A stretch of 64,000 bases of DNA from Scenedesmus sp. PABB004 (Eukaryota). The position numbers and the translations under genes were made by a program. Every line of letters starts with the position of its first letter. Positions within the stretch are counted from its first letter, which is position 1. The stretch is from the NCBI GenBank assembly GCA_014905635.1, contig JABVCE010000005.1, positions 310,001 to 374,000 of the forward strand, written 5' to 3'. Below are positions 12,503 to 23,764 of this stretch, in pieces. The notes below the pieces were generated by a model that saw nothing but the letters and a program-made list of their open reading frames with translations, was not told where the DNA came from and made no database searches.

Positions 12503-13657
12503 ATGGCCGCGGCAACGGCCGCGCGGCAGCGGCAGGCGGGCAAGGCGCAGCAGCACGGCGCCGGCGGCGGCGGCGGCGGCATGGCCGCGCTCGAGGTGGA
12601 GCAGGCCTCGCTGCTGCGGGGCGGCGCCCGCGGCGGCGCGGAGGGCGCGCTGGCGGCGCTGAGCGGCCCGCTCGTGCTGGAGAGCGGGCCCGCGTTCCGC
12701 GCGCTCCTGATCGCGCCGCTCGTGGTGTGGTGGCTGGCGATCTTTGCTGGCATGTGGTGGTTCGAGGGCCTGCCGCACGGCACGCGCGTGCACCACGCGC
12801 TGCTCTGGTTTGACCGCGGCGTGCTGCGCCCGGCGGGGCCGCTCGTGCCGTTCGCGGTGCTCGCCGCGCGCGCCGCGGTGCACTGGGGCGAGGCCGCGCT
12901 CGCGGCGGCGCGCGGCGGCGCGCCGGCGCCGCGCCGCCACGCGCGCGGCGGCGGGCTGGGCAGCCTTCTGCTGAGCTGCGCCGCAGCCTACGCGGCCATC
13001 GCCGCCGCGCGGCTCGGAATCTACCTCTCCCACGTCATGCTGCTGCGCAGCCGGTGCGCCCGCGGCCGCCTGCCGCCCCGCCGCCTGCCCGCGCCGCGCT
13101 CACCCGGCCGCGCCGCGCCCTGCCGCGCCCGCCCCGCCCCGCCGCGCGCGCGTGCCGGCAGGGCGCTGGAGTATCACCTCGTGTCGGACCACATCTTCCT
13201 GGCCGCCACGATGCTCATCTGCCTGCACGCCGAGGTGATCTGCCTGCTCTCAGACCTCGCCGCCGCCGCGCGGCGCCGCGCCGCCGCGCCCGGCGCGGGC
13301 GGGCGCGGGCTGCACGAGGCGGCCCTGGTGGCCCTGCTGCTCGCGTCGCTCTTCCTCTACCTCTTCACCGCCGCGGACATGTACTTCACGGCAAAGTACT
13401 TCCACTTCCCGCTGGTGCGCGCCGCCCCGCCGCGCGTGCGGGCGCGGCGCGGCCGGCCCGTGCAGCCCACGACAGCCCCCGGCAGCCCCCGGCAGCCCCT
13501 GGCGGCGGGCGCGCGCGCAGCGTGTGCGCACTCACGCCACGCCGCGCGCGCGCTGCTGCCGCAGGAGAGCTTCTCCACGGCGGTCATCGTGTTCGTGCTC
13601 TTCCAGCTGCCGATGCTCACCTGGATCACCTGGCAGCGCCGCGCCGCCGCGGCGTGA
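12503..13657 (+). CDS. Polytopic membrane protein, FIT/Scs3-like (PAP2-type His motifs)
   Basis: Several TM helices; VSDHIFL and FTAKYFHFPL|ES resemble the FIT SGH and YFH motifs; introns at ~13054-13161 and ~13415-13564. Confidence 0.6.
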   Translation: MAAATAARQRQAGKAQQHGAGGGGGGMAALEVEQASLLRGGARGGAEGALAALSGPLVLESGPAFRALLIAPLVVWWLAIFAGMWWFEGLPHGTRVHHALLWFDRGVLRPAGPLVPFAVLAARAAVHWGEAALAAARGGAPAPRRHARGGGLGSLLLSCAAAYAAIAAARLGIYLSHVMLLRSRCARGRLPPRRLPAPRSPGRAAPCRARPAPPRARAGRALEYHLVSDHIFLAATMLICLHAEVICLLSDLAAAARRRAAAPGAGGRGLHEAALVALLLASLFLYLFTAADMYFTAKYFHFPLVRAAPPRVRARRGRPVQPTTAPGSPRQPLAAGARAACAHSRHAARALLPQESFSTAVIVFVLFQLPMLTWITWQRRAAAA

Positions 13658-13759
13658 GGCGCCGAGCGGGCGGGCGTGGTGGTGTCAGCGGCGCGGCGGC
13701 GGCGCGGCTGCGGCGCGGCTGACGCTGGTCGGCGCGGCTGCAGCTGCGCGCCAGCGCGG

Positions 13760-14855
13760 TGTGACGTACGCGGTCGCTCTTTGCCAGCGCCACGCCGACC
13801 GCAGCGCGTCCCTGGCCCGCGTGCTGGCGCCGCAGCTGCGCGGCCGGGCGCCGCCGCCGGCGGTGCCCGTGCGTCGTCGCGGCACCGCGTGCCGCGCGGG
13901 CTCGCGCCAGCGCGCCCCAGCCGTCGTCTGGGGCCCGGAGGCCGCGGAGGCGACGCTGGAGCGGCTTCGGCGGGACGCGGAGGTCGAGCCGGCGAACGCG
14001 GCGGGCCTGCTGCCAGACGGACGCGTGTCGTCCATCGCCTGGCCGGGCGCGGGGACGCTGCTGTTCTGGCAGCTGGGTGCGTGGGAGGGCCTGCGCGACG
14101 CGCTCGGCGCGAGCGCGCTCGCGCAGCGACGGCTGATTGGCGCCAGCAGCGGCGCCGTGCTGTGCGTGCTGGCGGCGTGCGACGTCCCGCCGGGCGAGGC
14201 CATCCGCGCGGCGGCCGCGCTCGCGGCGCGCGCCTCCCCGCGCCGCCGCCTCGGGCTCGCGGGCGCGTGGGGCGGCCTGCTGCGCGCGCTGCTGCGCGAG
14301 CTGCTGCCGCCCGACGCCGCGGCGCGGTGCATCGGCCGCGTGACGCTGCTGTCGACCGGGTTCCCCTGGCTGGTGCAGCACGCGACCGACAGCTTTGGCT
14401 CCGCCGACGACGTCGTCGCCGCCGTGCTCGCCTCGTGCCACATCCCGCTCCTGCTTGACGGGCGATGGTCGGCGCCCGCGGGGCCGCGCGCCGCGCGCGC
14501 CGGCCCCGGCGGCTCCGGCCTCGCGGCGCGGCTCGCGGCCGCGCTGCCGGCGCCGCGGCGGTGCATCGACGGCAACTTCTGGCTCGCGGCCAAGCGCTGC
14601 CGCCGCGGCTTTGCGCCGCCCGACGGCAGCGCCGCGCTGCTACTGGAGCCGCAACAGGACGCGGCGCTCGAGCGCGAGCTCGCGCCGCTCGCGGGCGCGC
14701 TGCGCGGCGCGCCGGGCGGCCTGCACGCGGTGAGCGAGGCCGATGCGTGGCGGCTGTTCGGCGCGGGCCGCGCGTTTGCCGAGCGTGCGGCCGCCGGGCG
14801 TGTCGCGCTGCTGGTGCACCTCCGCCGCCGCGCGCCGCCGGCGCGCGAGGGCTGA
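13760..14855 (+). CDS. Patatin-like phospholipase, intronless; start unresolved
   Basis: Gly-rich loop PGAGTLLFWQLG, nucleophile GASSG, ASCHIP and catalytic IDG. No ATG seen upstream of the domain. Confidence 0.8.
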
Positions 14856-14913
14856 GCGGCGCGGCGCGTCGCGGCGCGCGCCGCAGCGGCAACCGTTGCG
14901 CCGCGCGCCGCGC

Positions 14914-16736
14914 TCACGCCAGCCCCAGCTCCGCCGCCGTGAGCAGCAGCCCGCGCGCCACGAGGGCCCGCGCCTGCAGGTCGTCTCTGGCGCCCGCGCC
15001 GCCGCAGGGCACGCCCACGAGCAGGTCGTTCTTGGCCATTGCCTCGGCGCCGATCACCTTGAACAGCCCCACCGCAAACCCCGCCTCCGCCGCGGCGGCG
15101 CAGCGGTCCAGCTCCACAAACCTGGGCGCGGGCGGGCGCGCGGGCGGGCGGGGCGGGGCGGGGCGCGTGTGGGGGGGGGGGGGGGCACGGCAACGCGCGC
15201 GCGGCGGAGGCCAGCCCGCCGCGCCGCGCGCACCGCTTGCAGCTGTCCGCCACCGCCGCGCGCGCCGCGAGCGCCGCGCCGAGCGCGGCCTGGTCGGCGG
15301 GCGCGTGCGCGATGTCGGCGACGCGGGCCATCGTGCGGAAGTGGGCCTCCGGGTCGGGCAGCTCCCGGCGCAGCCAGCACGAGCGCGGGTGCTGCAGCCG
15401 CGCCGCCACGTCCGCGCCGACGCCCGCTGCTGGCCCTGCGGGCTCTCCCGGCTCTGCCGCGCCCGCCTGCGCCGCTGGCCGCGCCGCGCTGCTGCCGCCG
15501 TCGGCGGCGCCGCCGCCGCGCCGCACGGGCGCGTCGCCCGGCTGCGACGGCGTCCACGCGACCGGCCGGCTGTGGAAGGAGCTGCCGCCGGTCATCGAAA
15601 ACTTGAGCTTGCCTGCCGCCCGGGGAGCCCCCCGCGGGGGCGGCGGGTCAGCGTGCAGGCCGTGCGGGTTGACTGCCGCGGGCGGGAGCCCCCGCGCGCC
15701 GTCGCGGGCGGGAGCCCGCGCGCGCGCGCGCGCGCGCGCGCCGGCCGGCGCGCTCTGCGCGCACCGACGCAGCAGGGGCTGACCACGAACGCGGCGCGCC
15801 GCTCGGCCGCGAGCGCGAGCACGTGGTCGGTCGCGTTGCCGCACGCGTGCAGCGCGAGCGCGACGTCAAACGGCGCGTCGAACCGCTCGATCATGCCCTC
15901 CCACGCCGACACGTTGCGCAGGCCCGCCGCCGCGGCGCGCTCCCGCAGCAGCGCGAGCGCGGCGGGCTTCATGTCGACGCCTGCGCGGCGCGGCGGGGCG
16001 CGCGGCGGGTCGCAGCGGGTCACGGCGGTGCGGCGGCGCCGGCACCCGCGCGCCTCGCCAGCTTTCCCGCCCCGCCCGCCGGCCGCGGCGCGCGCGCACC
16101 GGTGAAGGCGCAGCCCGGGAAGAGCGCGGCGAGGGGCAGCAGCAGGTTGCCGGTGCCGCACCCAAAGTCGACGACGCGCGGCGGCGGCCGCCCCGGCGCG
16201 CCCGCCGCCGTGTCCTCGAGCAGCGGGCGCAGGACCGCAAGGAAGCTCTCCACCTGCCAGCGCTTGCGCGCCACGCGCGCGGCCACCTTGCCCTCGTCGC
16301 GCGCCGCGGCCGCCTTGGCGCGCTTCTTCGCGCTCAGCCGCGTGCTCAGGCCCATGCCCAGGCTGCCAGCGTCCACGGCCGGCGGCAGGCCCGCCCAGAG
16401 CGCGGCGCTGCCGGCGCTGGCGCCGCTGCTGGCGCCGGCGCTGGCGCCGCCGGAGCTGGCGCTGGGACTGTCGCCGCCGCCGTCGCCGCTGCCGGCGCCG
16501 GCGCTGGCGCCATCGCCAGCTCCGCCGCCGCCCAACGCGCCCAGCCACGCCCGCACGCACGGCGCGGGGCGCTGCATGTTGGGGTGCAGCCGCGCCGCCA
16601 GGGCCGCGAGCACGGCCTCGATCTCGTCCACGAGCGACGGCAGCGGCTTGCCCGCGCCGCCGCCGCCGCCGCCGCCGCCACCGCTGCTCGGGCCGCCGCC
16701 GCCGCCCTCCAGGGCTCCGCTTCCCACGCGGGGCAT
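14914..16736 (-). CDS. SAM-dependent methyltransferase (Methyltransf_32/GSTCD-like)
   Basis: RKRWQVESF, VVDFGCGTGNL, GVDMK, ALHACGNATD, VSPCCVG|KL, AKNDLLVG across exons. Confidence 0.85.
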
Positions 16737-17201
16737 GGCTCAGGCGGATGCTGAGCACGACGACGGCAGGTCGAGCAGGGCGCGATGGGGCGCCGCCGGC
16801 GCCGCGCCGCCGCCGCGCGGCAGCGCGCCGCTGCTGTCGCCGCCGCCGGGCTGCTGGGCCGCTGAGCGGGCAGCGGGGCCCAGAAATCACTTCTTTAACG
16901 CTTCGAGAATGCCAAAATCGCAATCCTGCAAGAGTTCGAGCGCTCCAGGCGGCGCTGAGGCCGGCTGATCCAGTGAATCGCACCAAAATCGCTGCCCTTG
17001 GCGCGTACAGGCCGCTGCGAATCAAGCGCGTTCTTCAGATCGATGGTTAAACGCTCCAGAAGTGCTATGTGCGGTGCAGAAGACCGTAAACACCGCCCAG
17101 CGCGCGCAACGTGGCCCGCGTGTTACGCCAACCCAGCCAGCGCCCGCCCTTTCCCGGCCGCTCCCGGAGTGTTCAACCCGACCGGTCCGCGCCGCCTCTT
17201 C

Positions 17202-17362
17202 ATACTTACCTGGCCGACGCATGGGGGCGCTCACGTAGGCTCCCTGCGCGTGCGTGACTGCTCGCATTGCACCTAGCCTGCGGCACGTGCGGGTGTTCAC
17301 CACGGTGGGCACCGCGGCTTAGTTTTTGATTTGCTGAGAGGCGACTATGTCGCACTCGGCCT
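17202..17362 (+). ncRNA. U1: U1 spliceosomal snRNA, copy B
   Basis: ATACTTACCTGG 5' end; stem I with loop GCTCACGTAG; stem II with ATTGCAC; stem III GGTGTTCACC/GGTGGGCACC; closing helix GGCCG/CGGCT; Sm-like AGTTTTTGA; 3' hairpin; ~161 nt. Confidence 0.93.
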
Positions 17363-17787
17363 ATATGCTCAAACCAACCCACAAAGCGGGGGAGCGGGCG
17401 GCGGCGCGGCGGGCGCGCGCGCGTGCGGCGGCAGCGGCGTGCCCGCGCGGTTGAAGGCGCCAAAGCACGATCGCCGCCGATCAGCCGCGCACATCGCCGC
17501 TCACGCCCCTCGCTTGGCGAGCGCCACCGCGGCCGACCACGCTGCCGGCCAGCCCAGCCAGCACCAGGCCTCGCCCGCAGCTGCAACGCTGCAGGCTGCC
17601 CAGTGCCGCCGCGCCCAGGCCAACGCGCTGCGCCAGGTCGCGGTCCGGGCGTGCACCCAGGGACGGCAGCCAACCTAGGGGCGCAGCGCAGCCCCTCACA
17701 CCGGCGCGGCCTGCCCGTGCGCTGCGCCAGCAGCGGCGGCGCGGCCGGCAGCTCGAGCACGCAGCGGCGGGCTCTCCAGACGGCGCG

Positions 17788-18453
17788 ATGCTCCAGTGCA
17801 TGGGCGCCAAGCAGGCATGGCACTGCGGAGGCAGCCCTGCCGGAGCGGCAGCAGCGGCACACGCCAGGCGGCGCCGGCCCGCGCCGGCGCGCGCGCAGGC
17901 CCCCGGCGGCGGCAGTGGCGGCGCTCCCGACAACCTGGGCGTGCTGAGAAGCGTGATTGAGCAGGACGCGACCCCGCCCGACGCGTACGGCATGCAGCGC
18001 GTGTCGCCGGCCAGGTGCGGCAGGCGGCGGCGGGGCGCCAGCGGCTGGGCGCGCGCATCATCGGCCGCTGACGACGCGCGCGCGCGCTGCGCCCGAGTCA
18101 GCTTTGCCGAGCGCGGCTTGTACATGGACGGCGCCTCGATCGGGAGCTCCGCGCTGCTGCTGGTGGTGCTGCTGGCGCTGACCTTCCAGCGCATCCTTGG
18201 GCTGGACCGCCTCATCAACCAGGCGCTTGCGTGAGTGGCGCTGATGCGCAGGGGCCAGGGCCTGGCGCAGCAGGTGCCTGCCAGCCGAGAGCGGCCCGAG
18301 GGCGCCAGGGCTGGCGCTGGGCTGACTCGCGCGGCGGGCCGCAGGGACTGGAAGGAGCGGCGCGAGCTGGCGCGCCGCAGCGAGGTGGTGCGGGCGCGTG
18401 AGGGCCTGGAGAGCAGCTGGAGTCGCGACGACGACGAGGACGGCGGCGCGTAG
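17788..18453 (+). CDS. Small single-TM protein, copy B
   Basis: Inverted copy of 10500-11165 with matching translations. Confidence 0.55.
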
Positions 18454-18609
18454 CGCTGGCAGAGCAGCAGGGGGCCTCGTGCCAGGGCGGCGGTGAGGCG
18501 CAAGTGACGGCAGGTAGAGAGAGAGACGAGCGACAGGCGACTGGGGCGCAGAGCTGGATTGCCCGCGCAACAGCGCTCATGCGCAGTCTGCCGTCGCTCC
18601 AGCGGCCGG

Positions 18610-21451
18610 TCACTTGCCGCCCGGCACGGCGCGCACGGCCGCCGCCTCCAGCGCGTCCACCTGCGCCGCGCTGAGGCCCGACAGCGCCGCCAGCGTGCCC
18701 GACACCCGGCCCCGCTGGCTGCCTGGCCCACCCCCCGCCGCCACGCTCAGCGTGGTGTGCAGGGAGCCGCCGCCAGCGCGCCGCGCTGCACCTCCCGCCC
18801 GCACCGGCGCAATGGGCGACGTGCTGCCGCGGGCCACGGCCACCGCGGGCGCTGCGGCGGGGGCCCTGGTCTGCGAGCTGCCGCCGGCGCGGCCTGCGGG
18901 CGTGCCACACGGCGCAGCGCTGAGCCGCCGCACGCCCAAGCTGCCCCAAGGGGCCGCCACCTTCCGCGCGCAGCTCACCAGGGAGCGGTGGCGCCGAGCG
19001 CGCGCCGACAGACGCTGCCGCCTGCACGGCGAGCTCACCGTCGGGAAAGACCTGCACGTGGTCCATGGAGAGCTGCGGGGCGCGCGGGAGCGGCGCACAC
19101 TCGACTCCCAGGCCCCCTACTGGAGGTGCGCGCCGCGCACTGCACGTGCTGCGCGCGACAGCTGTCTGCAGACGCCACCCGGCGCACCTTGTCGACCTCG
19201 TACGCCAGCGCGGGGTCCCTGGCCGCCGCGCCGCTGTCCAGCAGGTCCTGCTTCATGGCGCGCACGAGCGCGTTGAAGCTGCTGCCGCCCTTGACCAGCA
19301 GCCGGTTGCGCGCGGAGCCCTGCGCGCGCGGCGGGCCCGCCCCTCTCAGCAGCACGCAGCGCGCGCGCCGCCCGCCCCGGCGCCGGCGCGGCGCACGCTC
19401 ACCCCGAGCGCCATGCGCTCCTTGAGCGCGCGCAGCTCGTCCTCCTGCGCGCCCTTGGCCGCCTGCACCGCCTCGTACTCGCGCCGCAGGCTGCCGATCA
19501 GCGCCAGCAGCGCGTCGCGCTCCGTGCGCATGACCTGGCCGCAGCGTGCAGCGGCGGTGGCGGGCGAGCCTGTGAGCTGCGCAGCTTATGCAGCCGCTCG
19601 CACTGCCGGGCAGACGGCCCCGCCCGCCGCTGCGCCCCAGCGCGTCGCACCTCCCCGGCCGACGCCAGCTCCGCCACGCGGCCGCGGCCCCACTCGCCGC
19701 TGTCGATGAGCCGCACAAAGCGCTCGTTGTCGCGCCGCAGCCGCTCGTTCTCGGCCTGCAGCTTGGCCAGGCCCTCCTGCGGCGACGGCAGCAGACACCG
19801 CGGCGCGTCACGGCCGGCGGCGGTCAAGCGAGCGCCGCAGCCGTGCAGCGCCGGCCGCCGCCAGCGCCCGGGCCGCCCGCACGCGCGCCCGACGCACCTC
19901 CAGGCCCTCCTTGGCGGCCAGCTTGGCACCCAGGCGGCCCTGCTGCACCCAGTCCGCCCAGCCGGCAAACGCGGTCGCGATCGCCGCGCGCTGCAGCCGC
20001 GCGCGCGCGCGGCCGACCACGAGGCGGTCGCGCTTGCGCCGCGCGACCTGGGCCAGCCAGCCCGCCAGCACGCTCGCCGTCGCCGGCCGCTGCCAGCGCG
20101 CCGCGAGCGCGCGGCGCGTGCTCCGGCGCGCCGCGCCGGCGGTCCAGGAGCGCCACGCGCGAGCCGCCAGCGCGCGCCGCCGGTGCTGCACTGCGCGCGC
20201 GAGGTCGCTGCTGCGCTCGCGGCGCGCGTCTGCGGCGGGCGCGGCGGTGAACACGCTTGGGACCACAAGGAAGGCTGGTGCGGGAGCGGCGGCGCCGGCG
20301 GCGCCGTCCCCGGGCCGCCCCTGTGGCGCCGCAGCGCGGGCAGCGGCGCGCCGCAGGCGCACACACAGCTGCAGCACGCACCCAGCGCCTGCAGCCAGGC
20401 GGACCACGCCGCGGCGAGCTCGAGGCGCGCGCAGCGGGCGGCCAGCTTGGCGCCCAGCACGCGCCGCCGCGCGGCGGCCTCGACGTGCTCCACCCTGCGC
20501 GCGCGCACGGCGTCGTCGACGCCCGACCTCAGCGCCCGCCGCCCAGCCGCTGCGGCTGCTGGCCGGCGCCTTCCCCAGCCAGCGCCGCCACCCACCATGC
20601 TCGCCACGCCCTGGCCTGCTGGCGCATGGCGCAGAACCGCCCCGCGCGCGCCCCCGCCGCGCGCTTGCGCCGCGCGGCGCACGCGGCGGCGCGCCACGCG
20701 CCCAGCATCGCGCCCAAACGCCGCTTGTGCAGCACCTGCCCCACGGCGGTCGGCGGCGGCGGCGGTGGGGCCGGCGGGCGGCGGGCGGTCACCGCCGGCG
20801 GCGGCGACGGTGGTGCGGGCGCTCGCGGCCCCGAACCGGGCGTGCGCGGCTCCAGCCGCCTGCCCGGGGCGCGTCGTCGCCCCACCTGGATCGGGCGCTT
20901 CTCATAGCCCCGCAGCTTGCCCTCCAGCGCGGCGACCTCGCGCTCGCGCGCGCCCAGCTGCGCCTTGTACCAGCGCTCCTGCGCGAGGCGCCGCCACGCC
21001 GCAAAGCAGCGCCGCGTGCAGCCCGCCGCGACCGTGGCCGCCACCTGCGGCCGCGCCGGCACGCGCGGCGTGGGGCGGTCGCCTGTGAGCGGCAGCGGCG
21101 GGGGGCGCCGGCGGCCGCGAGCCCGGCGCGGCGCCGAGGGTCGGGGCGCGCCGCCCGCGACCACCACCCCGCCGCCCCGGCGCGCGGACCTTGCGCCGCA
21201 TCGCCAGGGTGCGGTCCACCAGGTGCAGCTCGTCGCGCCACGCGAAGAAGGCCCGCGACAGCGCGCCGCGCCGGATGCGCGCCGCCGCGCGCCGCAGCCG
21301 CGCGCGCTTGGCGTGCCGCGCGCTGCGCAGCGCGCACCAGCCGCCCAGCGCCTGGCGCAGCAGCGCGGCGTCGTGCTGGAGCATGCGCTGCTCAAAGATG
21401 CGCTTGTTGTGCAGGATGGCCTCCTGCACCTGAGTGGAGGCGGGCGGGCGG

Positions 21452-21499
<48 letters not shown>

Positions 21500-23238
21500 G
21501 TCTGCCGGGCGCGCGGGCCGGCGCACGTGGCTCACGCGCCGCTGCCCCGCCACGCCTGCCCCGCCACGCCTGCCCCGCCGCGCGCACACCTTGCCGGCCA
21601 TGCCCGCCAGGGCGCTGAGCTGCTGGTACGCGATGCGCGTGGGCAGGTCGTCCGCGTGGCCCGCCGCGGGCGCGGCGCCGCCGCGGCGCAGCGCCGAGCC
21701 GCGGCCGTAGACGCCCGCGCTGTACGCCAGCGCCTGCCGGCGGCAAGGACGGCGGCGGCGGCGGCACGGGCGTGGGGCGTGGGGGTGTGAGGGCGGCGGC
21801 CGACGCGGCGCCAGCCCCCTCGCGCGCGGCGGCTGCGGCCCGGGCCTGCGCCGGCCCCCCCGGTGCGGCGCATCCGCGCGGGTGCGCGCGCGCGCGCACG
21901 CGCCTCGCGCGCCGCGTCCAGGCTGAACGGCCGTGCTGCGTCCGGGCGCGCGCCGCGCGGGCTGAGCCCGCTGCTCATGGTGGGGGCGCTGCTCGCCTCG
22001 CTGCCGGCGCCGTCGTCGTCGTAAAAGCCCTCCAGCGCGGTGCGGCCCCACTCGCTCAGGTCGCCGCCAAAACCCTCGGCCGCCGCCGCCGGCTCGGGCC
22101 TGCGCGGGCGCCGCGGGCGCGGGCGGTGGTGGGTCGGCGACGGCGGCGGGCGCACGCGCGCGCACTCGGCCCTGTAGGCGGCAGGCGCGCGCGCGCCCAC
22201 ACCTGGTCTGGCAGGCGGCCGCGCGGTGCCGCCGCCGCGCCGCCGCCTCGGGCTGCTCGCGCCCGCTCGCCCGGCGCTGCGGCTCGGGCCGGGCGCCTGC
22301 GCTGGGCGTCCGCGCTGGGCCGCCGCGCCCAGCCGCGCCGCGGCTGCTCGGCCGCTCCGGCGGGGCCGGCGCGCCCCCTCCCTCCGCCGCCCGCCCCGCC
22401 CGCCCTGCCGCGCCTGGGCCGAGCCGCCCGGGGCGCGGGCTCTCGCTGCTGCTGCGGCGCGGCAGGGCGCCGTCGCCGCCTGCGGAGAGCGTCGCCCCGG
22501 CCTCCGGCGCCGCCCCGGCCTCCAGCGCGGCGTCGGCGGTCACGCGCGCGCGGCGGCCGGCCGGCGCAGCAGCAGCGCGCGGCGACGGGCTGCTCTGGTG
22601 TGCCGTGCTCGTGGCGTCGGCGCTCGGCGCGCGCTGCAGCCGAGCCTGCGGCGGCTGCGCTGACGCCGGCCGCGCGGCGGCGTCCGTCGGCGCCACTGCC
22701 GCTATCGCCGCCGCCGGCGCCTGCTGCCCCTCCTCGCTGCGCGACCAGGTGCGCCGCGGGCGCGGGCCGGCCGGCGGCGCCAGGGGGTGCGGCGGCGGCC
22801 CGCGCGGCGAGGGCGCCTGCGGCGCCGGCGGGTGCTGCGGCGGATGCTGCGGCGGCGGCGGCAGGGGCGCCTCCTCCTCTGACTCCGCGCTGGGCTCGGC
22901 CTCCAGCGGGCTGTCGGGGCCGCGCGCGCCGGCGCCGCCGGGTCGCTGGTCGCCGTCGTCGTCGGTCAGCGCGCCAAAGCTCGACGCCGCAGCGCCCAGG
23001 CTGCCGCCGTCCCCGTCGTCGCTGCTGCCGCAGTCCAGGCCGTCCTCGGTGAGCAGCTCGTCGCCGTCGTCGTCGGGCCCCGCGGCGCCCACGGGCGCGC
23101 GTCCGAGCGACGCGCCGCTCGCGCGCACGCCGTGCCTGCGCCGGCCGCCGGGCGCCGCGTGGGCTGGGGGGCTTTGCGCAGGGGGACGCCACCGCTGCCC
23201 GTCTCACGGCCCCGGCCCGCCGCGCACCCGCTCTCCAT
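18610..23238 (-). CDS. SFI1-like coiled-coil protein, copy B (probably intact and ancestral)
   Basis: ATG at 23238 (MESG|HGVRAS); open frame where copy A is shifted; same W-repeats and coiled coil. Confidence 0.65.
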
Positions 23239-23764
23239 CGGCCCGGGAGGGCCGCAGCGCGCGCGCCCGCTGCTGCGCGCGCCGCGACCGACGGCGGCGC
23301 TGACCGGCGACGGCGGGCGGCAGCGGCGGTGGTCGCGTTGGTTGGTCGAGTGGGCGAGCGCTGGCCGCGCGGCGCGATGGGAGAGGGGGAGGCAGCCGTG
23401 CGGGCGCCCGCGACGACTGCCAAACTCGCGCTCCTTGGTCGCGGCAGCCGCCCCGCCCCGCCCAAGCTGCGCACGCCACGCGAGAGGAGCGACGCCGACA
23501 CCCGCTCCTCACAGAACGCCGCGTCGGCTGGCCAAAGGTGATCCCTCCCCGCATGCCCATTTTTCAGCGCCCCCGGGCGCTCGTGGGCCCCGGCCGGGCG
23601 CCGAGCGCGTTCTGCACCGCTCCCAGACTGCTGGCAGCGCGCCGGCGCCGCGACACAGCGCCCCGACCCTTGCTGCTGCTCCCGCGCGCGCCGTCGCTCG
23701 ACCCGACCCCCACAGCGTGTCTCGAGCAGGTCCCTAGCAGGAGCAGGCTCACGCGGCGGGCGGC

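Larger units (their letters stand above)
17154..23180 (-). repeat. Right arm of ~6 kb inverted repeat
   Basis: Reverse complement of ~5775-11794 with scattered SNPs and indels. Confidence 0.95.

Noticed and set aside
5775..23180. Giant TIR transposon, Polinton or composite element
   Set aside because: The arms are ordinary intron-containing host genes; no transposase, integrase, polymerase or target-site duplication was recognised.
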